A stretch of 64,000 bases of DNA from Pelagomonas calceolata (taxonomy: Eukaryota). Position numbers and translations under genes: made by a program. Below are positions 41,901 to 51,535 of this stretch, one piece after another (the first letter of the stretch is position 1; the number at the start of each line of letters is the position of its first letter). The notes beneath the pieces were generated by a model. The model saw only the letters and a list, made by a program, of their open reading frames with translations, did no database searches and was not told the DNA's origin. The stretch is taken from the NCBI GenBank assembly GCA_918797485.1, contig CAKKNE010000001.1, positions 1,302,001 to 1,366,000 on the forward strand, given 5' to 3'.

Positions 41901-43397
41901 TCGTTGCCTACCCCACGGATTCGCGCCGGACGCCGGTATCGCCTTCTCGGCCAGCACGAGGGAATGGGCGCCACCTAACGCCGCGCCGATCACGTGCATC
42001 CCCTGGAAGCACGAGGGCCACTTTTGTACATTCTGCGGCGTCTTCTTGTTCAAGGTGCGCCCCAATCCTAGTCGGCCGTGCGCGCCGCGGCCCCACGCGT
42101 AGACGCCTCCCGGCGCCGTGGCGCCTTGTGCCGCATCGACGACGACCAGGGAATGCGCATCGCCCGCCGCGACGATGCGAGGCGCGAGTTTCCGTTCGTC
42201 GAAGAACACTAGCCGCTCCGGCTCGTCCCGATCCTCGTAGTCGCCGTGGCCTAATCTTCCATCTCGACCTCGCCCCCATACAAATAAAGCAGCGGGCTTC
42301 GCACACAACGCCAGGACGTGGGCCCGGCCGCAGGCGATGGCGTGCACTCGACGATTCAGTGCCTTCATTTGCGTGGGGATCGCTCGTTGTCTTGTAGATC
42401 CGAGGCCGAGCTCGCCGTATACACCAGTCCCCCAAGCTAAAACGCGGCCGTGGGCCTGGCGTTCTAGGGAGGACGCCTCCTCCACTAGACAAGCCCGGAG
42501 TCTAGCTGTAGAGTCATCATAACCGTAAGATGCCTCCCGCCGTTTTACCAGTTCCGTCATCCTCGACAAAGCCACCTTCGTCGCGAGGGCCTCGTCGGCG
42601 TTCGTCTCCCGGGCAAACGAAGCAGTAGCACAGCACGCGACCTGCGTCGTGTGGATGTCCTTAAATGCTGCGGATAATGCACCAGAAGGAAAGGTCTGCC
42701 GCGGGTATCGTAGTAGATGCCGATTGCCCGTCGTGAACCAGTCCCCCAGCGACTTTGGTTTGTCTTTTTTCGTCGTCATGCCCATGGGCTTGGCCTTGAG
42801 GGTCATGAGGTTCGCGGCGCTCTTCAGTCGCTTCGCGCGTTTCTGCTCTTTTCTGGCCTTCTTCAGGGCCTCCTCCTTGGCCTCCTCCGGTGTTTTGGAG
42901 AACGTAAATAACGGTGGTGGCGCATCCGGATCATCGGAAGACGAGTCGGAGCCGTAGAGCTTCCGTCGGATCCGTCGTCGCCGCTCCCGTTTCGCCTCGG
43001 GACCCTCTGGTCGAGGTGGGAGTCGTTTCGACCCTAATTGGCCATCGTCCCCGTCCCCACAAGCCAGGATCACGCCTTCGCCCGTACAAAATAAAGAGTG
43101 CCTCCTCGAAGCCGCGCAGTCGACGAAAGGTTGTATTCTGCGAGTATACGCCACTTCATGAGGCGTCGTGTACGTCTCCAGGTCGCCCGTGCCCGTCCTC
43201 CCGCAACTGCCGTCGCCCCACGCTAGTAGTACTCTATCTTCTTTGCCGTCGCCGTCGAAGTACGGCGCGCGGGGATAGCCCCGGTTCCCGAAGTTCGCCG
43301 GTCTCGAGAGGTCCCGCACCTTGTCCGGAATCAAGTCGGCGGGCCAGGGCTCCGTGTAGCGCTCCGTGACCTCCGCGGGCGTGCGGTAGAGCGCCAT
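38940..43397 (-). CDS. RCC1-repeat protein with UBR/B-box-like Zn finger, coiled coil and C-terminal WW domain
   Basis: Multiple WGxGxxGxLG / ACGxxH repeats; CKTC..LCPWCARMCHAGH..CECG; WEEHEDDQGRTYYFCAETGETSWSKP. Confidence 0.88.
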   Translation of the reverse strand: MALYRTPAEVTERYTEPWPADLIPDKVRDLSRPANFGNRGYPRAPYFDGDGKEDRVLLAWGDGSCGRTGTGDLETYTTPHEVAYTRRIQPFVDCAASRRHSLFCTGEGVILACGDGDDGQLGSKRLPPRPEGPEAKRERRRRIRRKLYGSDSSSDDPDAPPPLFTFSKTPEEAKEEALKKARKEQKRAKRLKSAANLMTLKAKPMGMTTKKDKPKSLGDWFTTGNRHLLRYPRQTFPSGALSAAFKDIHTTQVACCATASFARETNADEALATKVALSRMTELVKRREASYGYDDSTARLRACLVEEASSLERQAHGRVLAWGTGVYGELGLGSTRQRAIPTQMKALNRRVHAIACGRAHVLALCAKPAALFVWGRGRDGRLGHGDYEDRDEPERLVFFDERKLAPRIVAAGDAHSLVVVDAAQGATAPGGVYAWGRGAHGRLGLGRTLNKKTPQNVQKWPSCFQGMHVIGAALGGAHSLVLAEKAIPASGANPWGRQRHVYAWGYGGNGQIGDECMTDRALPTRVKLPRNEVVQQVACGKAHSLAVTAHGDLYAWGKGWRGELGLGDDRNRCGPEKVSGKHQFLKVAAGDRHTLAIALKHKSIGRKLRESRPLEAPNAHVGLQRSACCALTKLNYVCVRSSPTSPLHPHQSSPKAFESTPIKYCKTCDCLALCPWCARMCHAGHEIVEVDEELALKLPARSTGGPRIGASGNVDAEPPLSSLYPQLCECGFRGTCKRLQVSTEEAYDEDKAIILQRFGRWIAHQRKRAAFRASVAFSRRYAATTHVYSKIRQAVWRRADTWREDKVTRMERPRMAEADVEGHAVRKYLKCQIILQACENQVVALRAISAATGVGDPLLPESDVRLRSRRALRQWHRRHYRDERATLAETALLTRELPAGGDFRVELGLVPDPDVNLFVLSARQRALREVDREASQFLRRRASISGPEALYSRVRFTRRDQLRVLDSRMSRDDLYQKHCFEDKSFVYVEPEEEEVVSAVNRKQQLQQEAAEAERAERRARRRKLVEDEEEETPLNLQDLLPLFVHEKPVRSSTEAAQDEYDGMQTRESREGVVESLEDARKWLLSDDLLECEELRRYKQAPTTLQAALATSTACPHLFHAPEMPKPPLHIRDLITRDKDVLDRRAYLKEQKLLDFAKLMAPPKPELLPGELTPPPTPRLEPPLYRIKRSLSLAAPERAASTVEMWRRHAAYLASMAASPRKYRKMRDTVHYANLEAPPTWFVLTRPPEFDATIRRYEIERDALDPDVQNFVEPDRLSDDQWIGEKELIERIAEEANRKNWIESESEEEAESEYESTDDEAREASKETAEERMERKEAAKEARKEEKKRLREERRLAKARAKDEERKRLRAEREAKAASSKKKTPVKKKVTLDAEAMRSPPDGPASPLTPSPKRRSPTKRPGTSGSRPGTAGSRPKTPLQTPRWEEHEDDQGRTYYFCAETGETSWSKPDNWKLQEQEDVLGTPEL

Positions 43398-43668
43398 GGG
43401 CTGGGCTGCCTCTTTACGGAGTCCTCATGGCTGCGCTGTGGTCGTCCGCACCGATGCGTCGGCGGGCGGCCAGAATTGGTCGTTTCTGGCCGCAAGGGCA
43501 GCGATCTCCGGCCGCGCCGCGCCGACAAGCTTGATTGGCGCTGCCGCCGCGCTGGGCCCGCCGCTTTGTTTTTTAGCGTCGTCGGAGTATTCTCCGTGGT
43601 CTTAAGGACGCGTGTGGGCGGCGAAGCGGGTATCCGGGAGCTCAATGATCCGTCGCCTTTCGGTCCCG

Positions 43669-43692
43669 TCTAGTGTCTTACAGCACGCTAAG
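43669..43692 (-). promoter_or_regulatory. Upstream motif copy (divergent gap 43397/43927)
   Basis: Reverse complement CTTAGCGTGCTGTAAGACACTAGA. Confidence 0.55.
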
Positions 43693-43926
43693 CCATCATA
43701 GACGCGCGACGTAAAAATCGCGTAGACGGCGTACCGCGTGCTGTTGGAGCAACGCATTGCTCCTCCAGGTACCACACTTAACGTTCAAACCAGTGCTTGG
43801 GCGCGTCGCGTCGCACCACAGGAATTTGTGAACCCCAGCCTGCAGGCTGCTACAGTAGGACTGCGGCGCAAGGCGGCGGGCGAAGCATTACCTGTGTCGG
43901 TGCGAGACATTGACGGCGTCGGTGCG

Positions 43927-44340
43927 ATGAATGCACTCGCCGACTATGGTAGCTCCTCGGACGACGACGACGGCAGTGGCGACGAAGCGATGCCGCCCGC
44001 GCCTGCGCCTGCACCCGCGCCAGCGCTGCCATCAGCCGCAGCGCTGCTGAACGGGCCCGCACGACCGCCGACCGAGGCGGCTCTGCCATCGGCCGCCGCC
44101 CTGCTGAACGGCCCAGCGCGACCGCCGACCGAGGACATCAGGCCGCGCCTCGGCCCCGCGCGACCGCCCGCCGACAATCGGCCGGCGAAGCGGAAGCGGG
44201 GCGGCGCGAGCGGCGGCCTCATGGCGCCGCCGCAGATGCGCCGGCCGAACGTGTCCACGGAGGCCGTGGGGTCGTGGTCGTCGAAGGCCACGACCAAGAA
44301 GTTCCAGTCGAAGGAGCGGGAGAAGCTAAGTAGAAGGTAG
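43927..44340 (+). CDS. Proline-rich hypothetical protein (PRCC-like termini)
   Basis: N-terminal MNALADYGSSSDDD, internal 19-aa duplication, LMAPPQMRRPNVSTE. Confidence 0.6.
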   Translation: MNALADYGSSSDDDDGSGDEAMPPAPAPAPAPALPSAAALLNGPARPPTEAALPSAAALLNGPARPPTEDIRPRLGPARPPADNRPAKRKRGGASGGLMAPPQMRRPNVSTEAVGSWSSKATTKKFQSKEREKLSRR

Positions 44341-44361
44341 TATTAAGCACAGAGGGACTTC

Positions 44362-44856
44362 CTAGAACGGCGTCACCGCGTCCATGATGTCCTCGAGGGT
44401 GATCTCGACCTTCCGCTTGTCCGCCATCTTGGCGGCCACGACCTCCTCGACGGACATGGCCGGGTCCTGGCGCGCGCCCCACTCGCGGAGCGTCAGGTAC
44501 CTGTGTAAGTACCGTCAAGCCTTCCCCAACCATCTCACATTTAGTGACCGATACGTGATTCGAACACGTAACCTTCAGGACTGGAATCTGACGCGCTACC
44601 GTTGCGCCAATCGGTCGAAGTAAGGCAAATGAAGGTGGAAGGGGACGCGGCCGCGGTACGGGTCGACGGGGCCCTTCTCGCCGCCGGGCTTGCGCGGCCG
44701 GCTCTTGCCGTTGCTGCCGGCGTAGACCTTGCCCTTCTTCGTGCGCTTGTCGTTGCGGCCCGCGACGACGGTGAGCGGCGCCGACGTCGGCTGCGGCGCG
44801 ACGAAGGCCTCCGCATACCCCACGAGGGCAATGAGGGCTAATACCACGCGACGCAT
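44362..44856 (-). CDS. PSRP4: Plastid-targeted 30S ribosomal protein bTHX/PSRP4; 2 exons, 111 aa
   Basis: Signal peptide followed by AEA-FVAP plastid motif; THX core GRNDKRTKKGKVYAGSNGKSRPRK. Exons 44856-44660 and 44500-44362 join across GT-AG intron 44659-44501 (GPVDP-YLTLREW...TPF*). Confidence 0.85.
44545..44616 (-). tRNA. trnW-CCA: tRNA-Trp (CCA), intronless, 72 nt, nested in a protein-gene intron
   Basis: GACCGAT TGGCGCAACGGTAGCGC G TCAGA TTCCAGT CCTGA AGGTT ACGTGTTCGAATCACGT ATCGGTC A: 7-bp acceptor stem, A and B boxes, CCA anticodon. The last pair of the anticodon stem is an A-C mismatch. Confidence 0.93.
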
Positions 44857-45215
44857 GGCTTTCAGTGCAATTTTGTGCTACGGGCCGCTGGAGTAGTTGC
44901 TTAGGTAGCTATGCTTGAGCTGGGCCGAGCTATGGGCTCTTTGTGGCGACGCACAAGCGCGTTGCCGTCGAGTGTCGTGTGTGCAACCCCGCACGCAGCG
45001 ATGAAATCTGCTTTAAGCGCCTCGTAATACGCGAGTACACAGCAAACGCTGCATTCCGCTGGCGATATAACGTCTTACGATAGCGGAGGAGTGTATCACC
45101 AAGTCTGAACCGATTTGACGCACCACGCGCAACGATACACAGCGTTGCAGTAGCTCACTGGCCATTCACACGAGCTGTACGCGCCAGACGCCGTCGACGC
45201 GTCGCCACAGCAGCC

Positions 45216-46532
45216 ATGGCGACCTTTGGCGACGTCAAAATCAAGTTAGAAGAGCAGCCGGAGAGCGAGGGCGACACCGAGGACACCGAGGACGACGACG
45301 ACGGCATGATCAAGGGTAGATGTTATGTGCCTCCCGGTTGTCCGAACAAAGAACAAAATAACTTTGGAGATGAGTTCGAGAGCCACTTCGTCGTGCCGCA
45401 CCGGCTCGGGAACCAGCCGGGGGAATTGGTGGAAGCTGTCAACGACTTTCATTATGCGATGATCAACGATCGGCCGAGGAACGAGTTCTATCGCGAGTGT
45501 TTAAGGAGGGCGATCGTGCCCGGTCAATCTATAGTGCTGGAGATCGGCACGGGTAGCGGGTTACTGGCCATGCTCGCGGCTCGGTTGGGCGCCAAAAGAG
45601 TCGTCGCCATCGAGGCGTCGCCGCACATGGCCGCGCTCGCGCGTAGGAACATCAATGCTAACAATCTAGACGGCACGATCACGATCCTCGAGGCCTTGTC
45701 GACGGAACTCGACGCCGACGACATCCGCAAGGCCCTGGGCGTCAGCACGCGCCGCGAGGTGTCCATCTCGGCGCAGACGTCTTCTGATTCGAAACCGTTC
45801 ACGTCCGACCTGCCGGACGTCCTCGTCTCGGAGCTGTTCGGCACGCTGCTGCTGGGCGAATCCGCTCTGGAATACTTGAAAGACGCGCGGGAACGGCTCG
45901 TGCGGCCCCAATGCCGCATCGTGCCGCCGCGAGGAAGACAACTGGCAGCTCTGGTCGAGTGCCCGGCCATCGCGGAGCTGTCGCGGGCGAACGATTTTGA
46001 AGGGCTGGACCTCGGCCACGTGAACGTCCTCCAGGACACGGCGTCCTTGGTCTTCGCGAAGCAGTACGGGTTCCGTTTTGGGGATGTGCCTTCGCGGTTC
46101 CTCGCGCCGACGATCGAGGTTTTGTCTTGTGATTTCGCGCGGGACGCGCCGGGCGACTGGAAGGCCGAGATGGAGCACCTGGTCACGTGTTCCGAGGCCG
46201 GTACGGCCCACTGCGTCGTGCTCTTCTGGGAGGCTAGTCAGGGCGGCCCCGGGACGCCATCATGGGAGGGTGCCGACACGCTCATGATGTCCACAGACCC
46301 GCGGGCGACGCGATCTAATTTCGCTCGAGATATGCAGTGGGGCCAAGGAATTCAATTGCTGGAGGATTTGGACGCCGAGGCTTTGGATGCCGTGCGGAAC
46401 CCGGGCGGTATATCTACTCGACCACCAACACCTCTAGTGGTTAAGGCGGGCGAGCAGTTGCGGGCGGCCGTGCGGCTGTCGTCGGATAGCGTCGTGCTGC
46501 AGTTCGGCGTGCGGCGGGCTGCTGGCGCGTGA
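45216..46532 (+). CDS. Protein arginine N-methyltransferase, PRMT7/9-like single module
   Basis: HYAMINDRPRNEFY, VLEIGTGSGLLAMLAARLGA, double-E loop DVLVSELFGTLLLGE, and MQWGQ. Confidence 0.85.
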   Translation: MATFGDVKIKLEEQPESEGDTEDTEDDDDGMIKGRCYVPPGCPNKEQNNFGDEFESHFVVPHRLGNQPGELVEAVNDFHYAMINDRPRNEFYRECLRRAIVPGQSIVLEIGTGSGLLAMLAARLGAKRVVAIEASPHMAALARRNINANNLDGTITILEALSTELDADDIRKALGVSTRREVSISAQTSSDSKPFTSDLPDVLVSELFGTLLLGESALEYLKDARERLVRPQCRIVPPRGRQLAALVECPAIAELSRANDFEGLDLGHVNVLQDTASLVFAKQYGFRFGDVPSRFLAPTIEVLSCDFARDAPGDWKAEMEHLVTCSEAGTAHCVVLFWEASQGGPGTPSWEGADTLMMSTDPRATRSNFARDMQWGQGIQLLEDLDAEALDAVRNPGGISTRPPTPLVVKAGEQLRAAVRLSSDSVVLQFGVRRAAGA

Positions 46533-46587
46533 TATACAAAGTACTAACCTGTCGATCGTGTATGCAATTCTTAACTTTCTATCGTTC

Positions 46588-47507
46588 TTACTCGCCGCGC
46601 GCATTCCGTCGACGCGGGTAGAGGCGCCGCGACGCCCAGACCGTCACGTCTTTGAAGAGCCGACGGATGGGCCGCGGCAGCCGCGAGTCGTAGATCTCGA
46701 CCAAGTGCAGGAAGCCCGTCGTCTGTCCGCGGAAATGCAACATCACCACAGATAGGCCGGCGAGGCGGAAGTTATATTCAAAGCGGCGGCACGGGCGGAC
46801 CGCCTCACCTGATTTACGCCGCACATATTGCATCACCGCCTCGGAGGGATGCAGCGAATGCGGCGGTAAAACATCGTCGACTTCTCGCGCGTTTATGACG
46901 TCGACTTCTCGCGCGTCGAGGGTGTCCGTGAAACCGAGGAGCGTCGACAGGCCCGTCAGACTCACGAGCACGAGGAGCCAGTAACCAAACGTCGTCAGCC
47001 GCTTGACCTCGTAGGGCGAGTCGCCGACTCGCGCGGGGAAGTCTTCGTCGGTGTAGCTCGACGGCGCGAACACGATCGTGTCCTTGAAGGCGGCGACGCA
47101 GCGCCGCGCCACGCCCGGTGCAGGCAGCATGGCGTGAAACCGCTCGAACTCGGCCAGCGTCGGCTCGGCCACCTGGGGCCGCAGATCCGCGAACCCCCGG
47201 AATGGGCGTTGGCGCATATTTACAAATTGTCGAGGAGACCGGTAGCTTTCGGGATGTCCTTGAAGGGGTCGTCGTCCGAGCCGATGGCGCTGTCGATCAT
47301 CGCGTCGACGCTCTTTTGGTTGATTTCTTCGTCCTGCTTGGCTTTTTTAACGTCCTTGACCACCTCGTCTATGAGATCTTCCACGTATGCTTCTACCTCG
47401 ATGGCCTCATCACGGGGGTCGGAGCGGAGAGACGTGTGCAGCGTGCGGTGATGCTGGCAGATGAAGGCGCTGGCTTGGGCTAGGAGGAGAGCGACGAGGA
47501 GACGCAT
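46588..47507 (-). pseudogene. Plastid-targeted membrane protein split by an apparent 1-nt frameshift (assembly error or pseudogene)
   Basis: ORF 47507-47220 (signal peptide plus ASAF) stops 2 nt before ORF 47217-46588. Adding one T to the minus-strand TTT at 47224-47226 gives a continuous LLDNFVNMRQRPF. Confidence 0.55.
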
Positions 47508-47705
47508 CGACTACTCGGCGCTGTGCGAGGGCTGCGGGTGAAGTTGCTGTGTGGCGCTCTGAGGGCTCTAAATGGCCTTGTAGTGAACAGAGATGGCTGA
47601 AATTGCTGCTCGGAGCGATAGGGGCTGCGAGGGCGCTGTGACGATGTATTGCTGGTTTGTTTAAAGCCTAGCAAGTGCTTGGGTAGCTTTGCGCCTGGCT
47701 GGCTG

Positions 47706-47728
47706 GCTAGTGTCTTAGTGTCGCTAGC
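47706..47728 (-). promoter_or_regulatory. Upstream motif copy (divergent gap 47507/47891)
   Basis: Reverse complement GCTAGCGACACTAAGACACTAGC. Confidence 0.6.
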
Positions 47729-47890
47729 TAGCGCTGGCTTTTGGGACAGCTTTGACGGCTTTATCGCTGCGTGCTGGGGCCGAAAATCGCGCGTGGAAAC
47801 GTTCTCGACGCGTGCGCTGCGTGGTGCTTTTTTTTTGGAGCGCTGCCTGGCTCCAACAGCTGCTGCAGTCTCACAGCCTCTGCGTCGCGT

Positions 47891-48832
47891 ATGCGCCGCA
47901 TAGCTGCTGCCGCCATGGCTGCCATGCTGTCATTCCGTGCCATGGCAATGAAACCGCACTTCCGAGTCGCAGTGATGGGAGACGCGCACGGAGACTTTCT
48001 GGACGGCGAGTGCGCCGTCTTAGAACGCGTCGCAAAGCCCGACCTCTTCCTAGCGGTCGGCGACTTCGCAAACGAAGAATCCACAATAATAAAACGAGTC
48101 GCGGCGGCCACGAAACACCTCTCGGGCGCCGCGCATCTAATCCTTGGCAACCACGACGCCTGGCGCTCGTCACGAACAGGCACCGTCTCCGAGACGCTGC
48201 GCGCCATCCGAGACGCCGTCTCTCCAGACCTGGACGTAGCTTACCGGCGTGTAGAGGTCCCGTCGGCTACTGGCGTATTTTCGGTAGTTGGCGCTCGGCC
48301 GCTGTCGTGGGGCGGAGGGCTCGCAGCCACTACGAAGAAGTCCTGGGCGCTGCTCAAGGAGCTCTACGGTGTCTCAACGCCCGAGGAATCGACGGGTGTC
48401 ATCACGGACGCGCTGCTCGGCGCCGTCGGACCGGCAATAGTAGTAGCGCACCAGGGTCCCGCGGGCCTGGGTGAAGAGGCTGCGTCTATATGTGGCAAGG
48501 ACTGGGTGCAGCCGTACTCTGATTTCGGTGATGATGATTTGCGGGATAGCCTTGCGTCAGCACGGTCTGTTGGCATACCCCTGTGTGCTTTTGGACACAT
48601 GCACGCACCTCTCCGGCACGGGGGCCGGCGCCGTATGGTGTGCGAGCGCGAGGGCACTGTATATGTGAACGCCGCCGAGGTGCCGCGACACCGACAATCG
48701 ACGACGGGTATCGAGTATCACTATACAATCGTCGACTTCGGCCCAGGGGACCGCGTGGACCGCGTCGCCGGCGTCTGGCTCAGCGAACGGGATGGGCTGG
48801 TCGACGAGGAGGTTCTGTGGAGGAGGGAGTAA
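47891..48832 (+). CDS. Calcineurin-like metallophosphoesterase (TIGR04168-like)
   Basis: GDAHG, VGDFANE, LGNHD, VAHQGPAGLG..SICGKDW..DFGDDDL, FGHMH and YVNAAEVPR. Confidence 0.88.
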   Translation: MRRIAAAAMAAMLSFRAMAMKPHFRVAVMGDAHGDFLDGECAVLERVAKPDLFLAVGDFANEESTIIKRVAAATKHLSGAAHLILGNHDAWRSSRTGTVSETLRAIRDAVSPDLDVAYRRVEVPSATGVFSVVGARPLSWGGGLAATTKKSWALLKELYGVSTPEESTGVITDALLGAVGPAIVVAHQGPAGLGEEAASICGKDWVQPYSDFGDDDLRDSLASARSVGIPLCAFGHMHAPLRHGGRRRMVCEREGTVYVNAAEVPRHRQSTTGIEYHYTIVDFGPGDRVDRVAGVWLSERDGLVDEEVLWRRE

Positions 48833-48844
48833 TATGTTTGTGAT

Positions 48845-51535
48845 TTATCCACACTTACTCGCCCACTCATCCACGCTCTTGAACTTCGTGGGACGTTTTT
48901 TGGGAAGCGGCGCCGTCACGGTCGGCTCCTCGAACTTTTCCCTGCGCCGGCGCTGGACGTAGCCCGGGAACGACTCGGGCTCCCGGCGCGGCGCGGGCGG
49001 CGTCGGCGGCGTCGCGGCGGCGGCCTCCTCGGCCGCGGCGGCGGCCGCGTCGGCCTCGGCCTTCGCTTGTTGTTCAGCAAGCGCACGCGCCTCGGCCTCG
49101 GCCCGGCGCTTTGCTGCTAAACGAGACCGTCTATCTCTATCCCGTTTCATTCGGGCGGCGTCGAGGGCCTGGCGCGCGTTTTGCGCGGCCTCCTCGGCCG
49201 CCTTGCGATCCTGCGCCTCGAGCTTCTTCAGGTACTGTCCCGCCTCTCTCGCGGCTCTAGCAGCAGCCACGGCGTCCGCGTGCATCGGGTCGCGCTTCTT
49301 GGGCACCGTGCGCTTCCTGGGCTGTTTTTGTTTCGCCGCGAGGCGCTCGGCGAGCTCGCGTTCCCGCCTCTTGGCGGCCTCTCTAGCTAAGCGCCGCGCG
49401 CGCGCCCGTAGTCTCTTCAAATACCGCCGCGCGCGCCAGTTGCGCGCGAAATTACATAACGTGGAAGCCGCGTCCGCGCGGATGCCCAATCTACGAGCCA
49501 CCTCCGCGTCCCGGGCCGACCGCGCCGCGCGCCCGCGGAAGATTGATTGACAAGCCGTCGCGGCGTTGTACTGGTCCTCCGCATCACGTTTTGCCCGCCG
49601 CTCGGCCTCGACCCGCTCGGCGTTGGTCCGGCGCTGCCGGAGACGGAAAAGCTCCGCCAGCGCGAGGCGCGTCGCCAGCGACCCGCGCCACCACAATTGT
49701 AGTTTCACCGCCGCGGTCAACTCTCGCTGAGAACGTTCAGCAAGCCGCAATTTCGCCTCGCGGTAGCCCACCAAGTCGTCGCGCCACGACTCCACAGACT
49801 GTTGCATCCCGCACAGCTCCGCCGCGTCCTCGCACAGCACGCCGGCCAACGCTCGCGGCGGCCGCCGGCCCCCGCTCCGTAAAGCGTCAATATCGCCGTC
49901 GTGGTCCGGGGCCAAATCAACGAGAGCCACTGCCGCGTCGTCGTCGCCATTTGAGAGGGCCTCTTCGAGTTGGGATCGACACGCCAATCGCCTCAACGCC
50001 TCGCGCGCTCTCTGTGAATCTTCCCCGACATCATCCTCAAAAGACTCCAGCGCCTGCTTTATGGGAGTAGGGTCCCTACTATCAATACCTAAATCTGTCA
50101 TCCTCCGCAACCTTCGGAGTCGATCTTGCAACTCCTCCTCGAGCATCTCGCGGTAGAAGCGCCTTGCACGTTTACCCCGGTACAACGCTTGCAGATATAA
50201 TGAGACGCGCCGTATGGCAAGGCGCCTTCGTCGCAACATTTCCAAGTCGCTCCCCACCGCCTCGGCCACGACGGCAACCGACGCCGAGCCGCCGCAAGCA
50301 ATAGATGCAACACAAGCGGGCCCGTTCCGCAACCCCGCCTTCGACAAGTCAACATCTACCGGAGACGACTTTTCGGCCTCCCTTCCAAAGCCGAGCTGGC
50401 CGTCCTCGCCGAAGCCCCAGCTCTTCGCGTTTCCATTAGAGTCGACGGCTATGGAATGCCCGAGGCCGCAGGCGACTTTTATTGCGCTGAACGGGACCTT
50501 GAACCGAACGGGAGTCAGGTGCCACACACTACTACAATTCATGCGACCCGTCGCCTGGCCCCACTCGTTCCAGCCGCAGCCGCTCACGAAGCCGTTGTTG
50601 TCCACGACAATTGTGTGGGCCGCGCCGCACGAGACGTCAATACATTCCCCGCCACCGGGCAATGAGGCGATTCCCGGCGTGCCCGCAACCCTACCATCGT
50701 CCTCGTCCTCCTCGACGGAGTCTCTCCCGAGCCGCCCGTGCTCCGTCCAGCCCCAGGTCCATAGAGCTCCGGCACCGTCTACGAGCGCCGAGTGGTGCGC
50801 TCCCGCCGACAAAGCGCCCCTTTCACATGGCTCGTAGTCCGCCGGGAAGACGATAGCCGTCGGGTGGGCCCGCGTGATGTCGTGGCCGTCGTCGTCGCCG
50901 AGTTGGCCCGCGTCGCCGGCGCCCCACGCAAAAACCGCGCCGCAGGAGGACCTTGCTAAACAATGATTTGAACCGCAGGCGACGCCCGTGATGGTTCGCG
51001 CTTGCGCAAATGGAGGCGCACCCGCAAAAGGGTCCAGGCGCCGGGGCCGCTCCCAGGAGCCGTTGCGCGGGGCGTCCCTACTAGGGTCGACGGCGTAGAG
51101 ACTCTGGTCGTTCAAGATCAGCGCCACGGTCTCGCCGACGGCCGCGCTTTGTGCTCGGCAGCCGACCTTCCTTCTCCCACCCTCCGCCGGCGCCGCGACG
51201 GCATGATTCTCCTCGCTGATGACGACGACGCCCGCCGGGCCGCAGGCGACGCTCGCTATTGATCCTCTGAAGGACACCGCCGCCGGCGTCGCGCGGGCGC
51301 TCCGGCGCGGGCCGCTCTTTTTCAAAGCGGGAAGGTGCGGCACGAGGCCCCAGGCGGCGACCCAGCTTGTGGGTGCCGTCGCGCTCGTGGTCGTCGACAC
51401 CGCGGACCGCACGGCCGCGAGGCCCGAGCCGCCGGGCCGCCGCACGCGCGTCGGGCTGTCGTCGCTGTCGAGAGCTCTACCGAACTTCCGGAGGAGGGCG
51501 CGCGCGTCGGCCTCGCCGCGGCGTTTGGCTGGCAT
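48845..51535 (-). CDS. RCC1-repeat protein with IQ motifs and coiled coil
   Basis: ACGSNHCLA..WGAGDAGQLG and WGFGEDGQLG repeats; IQ-like LQALYRG, LQLWWRG and CQSIFRG. Confidence 0.85.
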   Translation of the reverse strand: MPAKRRGEADARALLRKFGRALDSDDSPTRVRRPGGSGLAAVRSAVSTTTSATAPTSWVAAWGLVPHLPALKKSGPRRSARATPAAVSFRGSIASVACGPAGVVVISEENHAVAAPAEGGRRKVGCRAQSAAVGETVALILNDQSLYAVDPSRDAPRNGSWERPRRLDPFAGAPPFAQARTITGVACGSNHCLARSSCGAVFAWGAGDAGQLGDDDGHDITRAHPTAIVFPADYEPCERGALSAGAHHSALVDGAGALWTWGWTEHGRLGRDSVEEDEDDGRVAGTPGIASLPGGGECIDVSCGAAHTIVVDNNGFVSGCGWNEWGQATGRMNCSSVWHLTPVRFKVPFSAIKVACGLGHSIAVDSNGNAKSWGFGEDGQLGFGREAEKSSPVDVDLSKAGLRNGPACVASIACGGSASVAVVAEAVGSDLEMLRRRRLAIRRVSLYLQALYRGKRARRFYREMLEEELQDRLRRLRRMTDLGIDSRDPTPIKQALESFEDDVGEDSQRAREALRRLACRSQLEEALSNGDDDAAVALVDLAPDHDGDIDALRSGGRRPPRALAGVLCEDAAELCGMQQSVESWRDDLVGYREAKLRLAERSQRELTAAVKLQLWWRGSLATRLALAELFRLRQRRTNAERVEAERRAKRDAEDQYNAATACQSIFRGRAARSARDAEVARRLGIRADAASTLCNFARNWRARRYLKRLRARARRLAREAAKRRERELAERLAAKQKQPRKRTVPKKRDPMHADAVAAARAAREAGQYLKKLEAQDRKAAEEAAQNARQALDAARMKRDRDRRSRLAAKRRAEAEARALAEQQAKAEADAAAAAAEEAAAATPPTPPAPRREPESFPGYVQRRRREKFEEPTVTAPLPKKRPTKFKSVDEWASKCG

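Noticed and set aside
44020..44135. 57-bp coding tandem repeat (AALPSAAALLNGPARPPTE x2)
   Set aside because: Ordinary in-frame duplication in a low-complexity protein.
44596..44856. Single-exon 86-aa reading of the THX gene
   Set aside because: It would run into the tRNA sequence; a GT-AG intron and a GC3-rich second exon fit better, pending RNA evidence.
47215..47230. Programmed ribosomal frameshift
   Set aside because: No slippery heptamer or downstream structure seen; a homopolymer indel is simpler.
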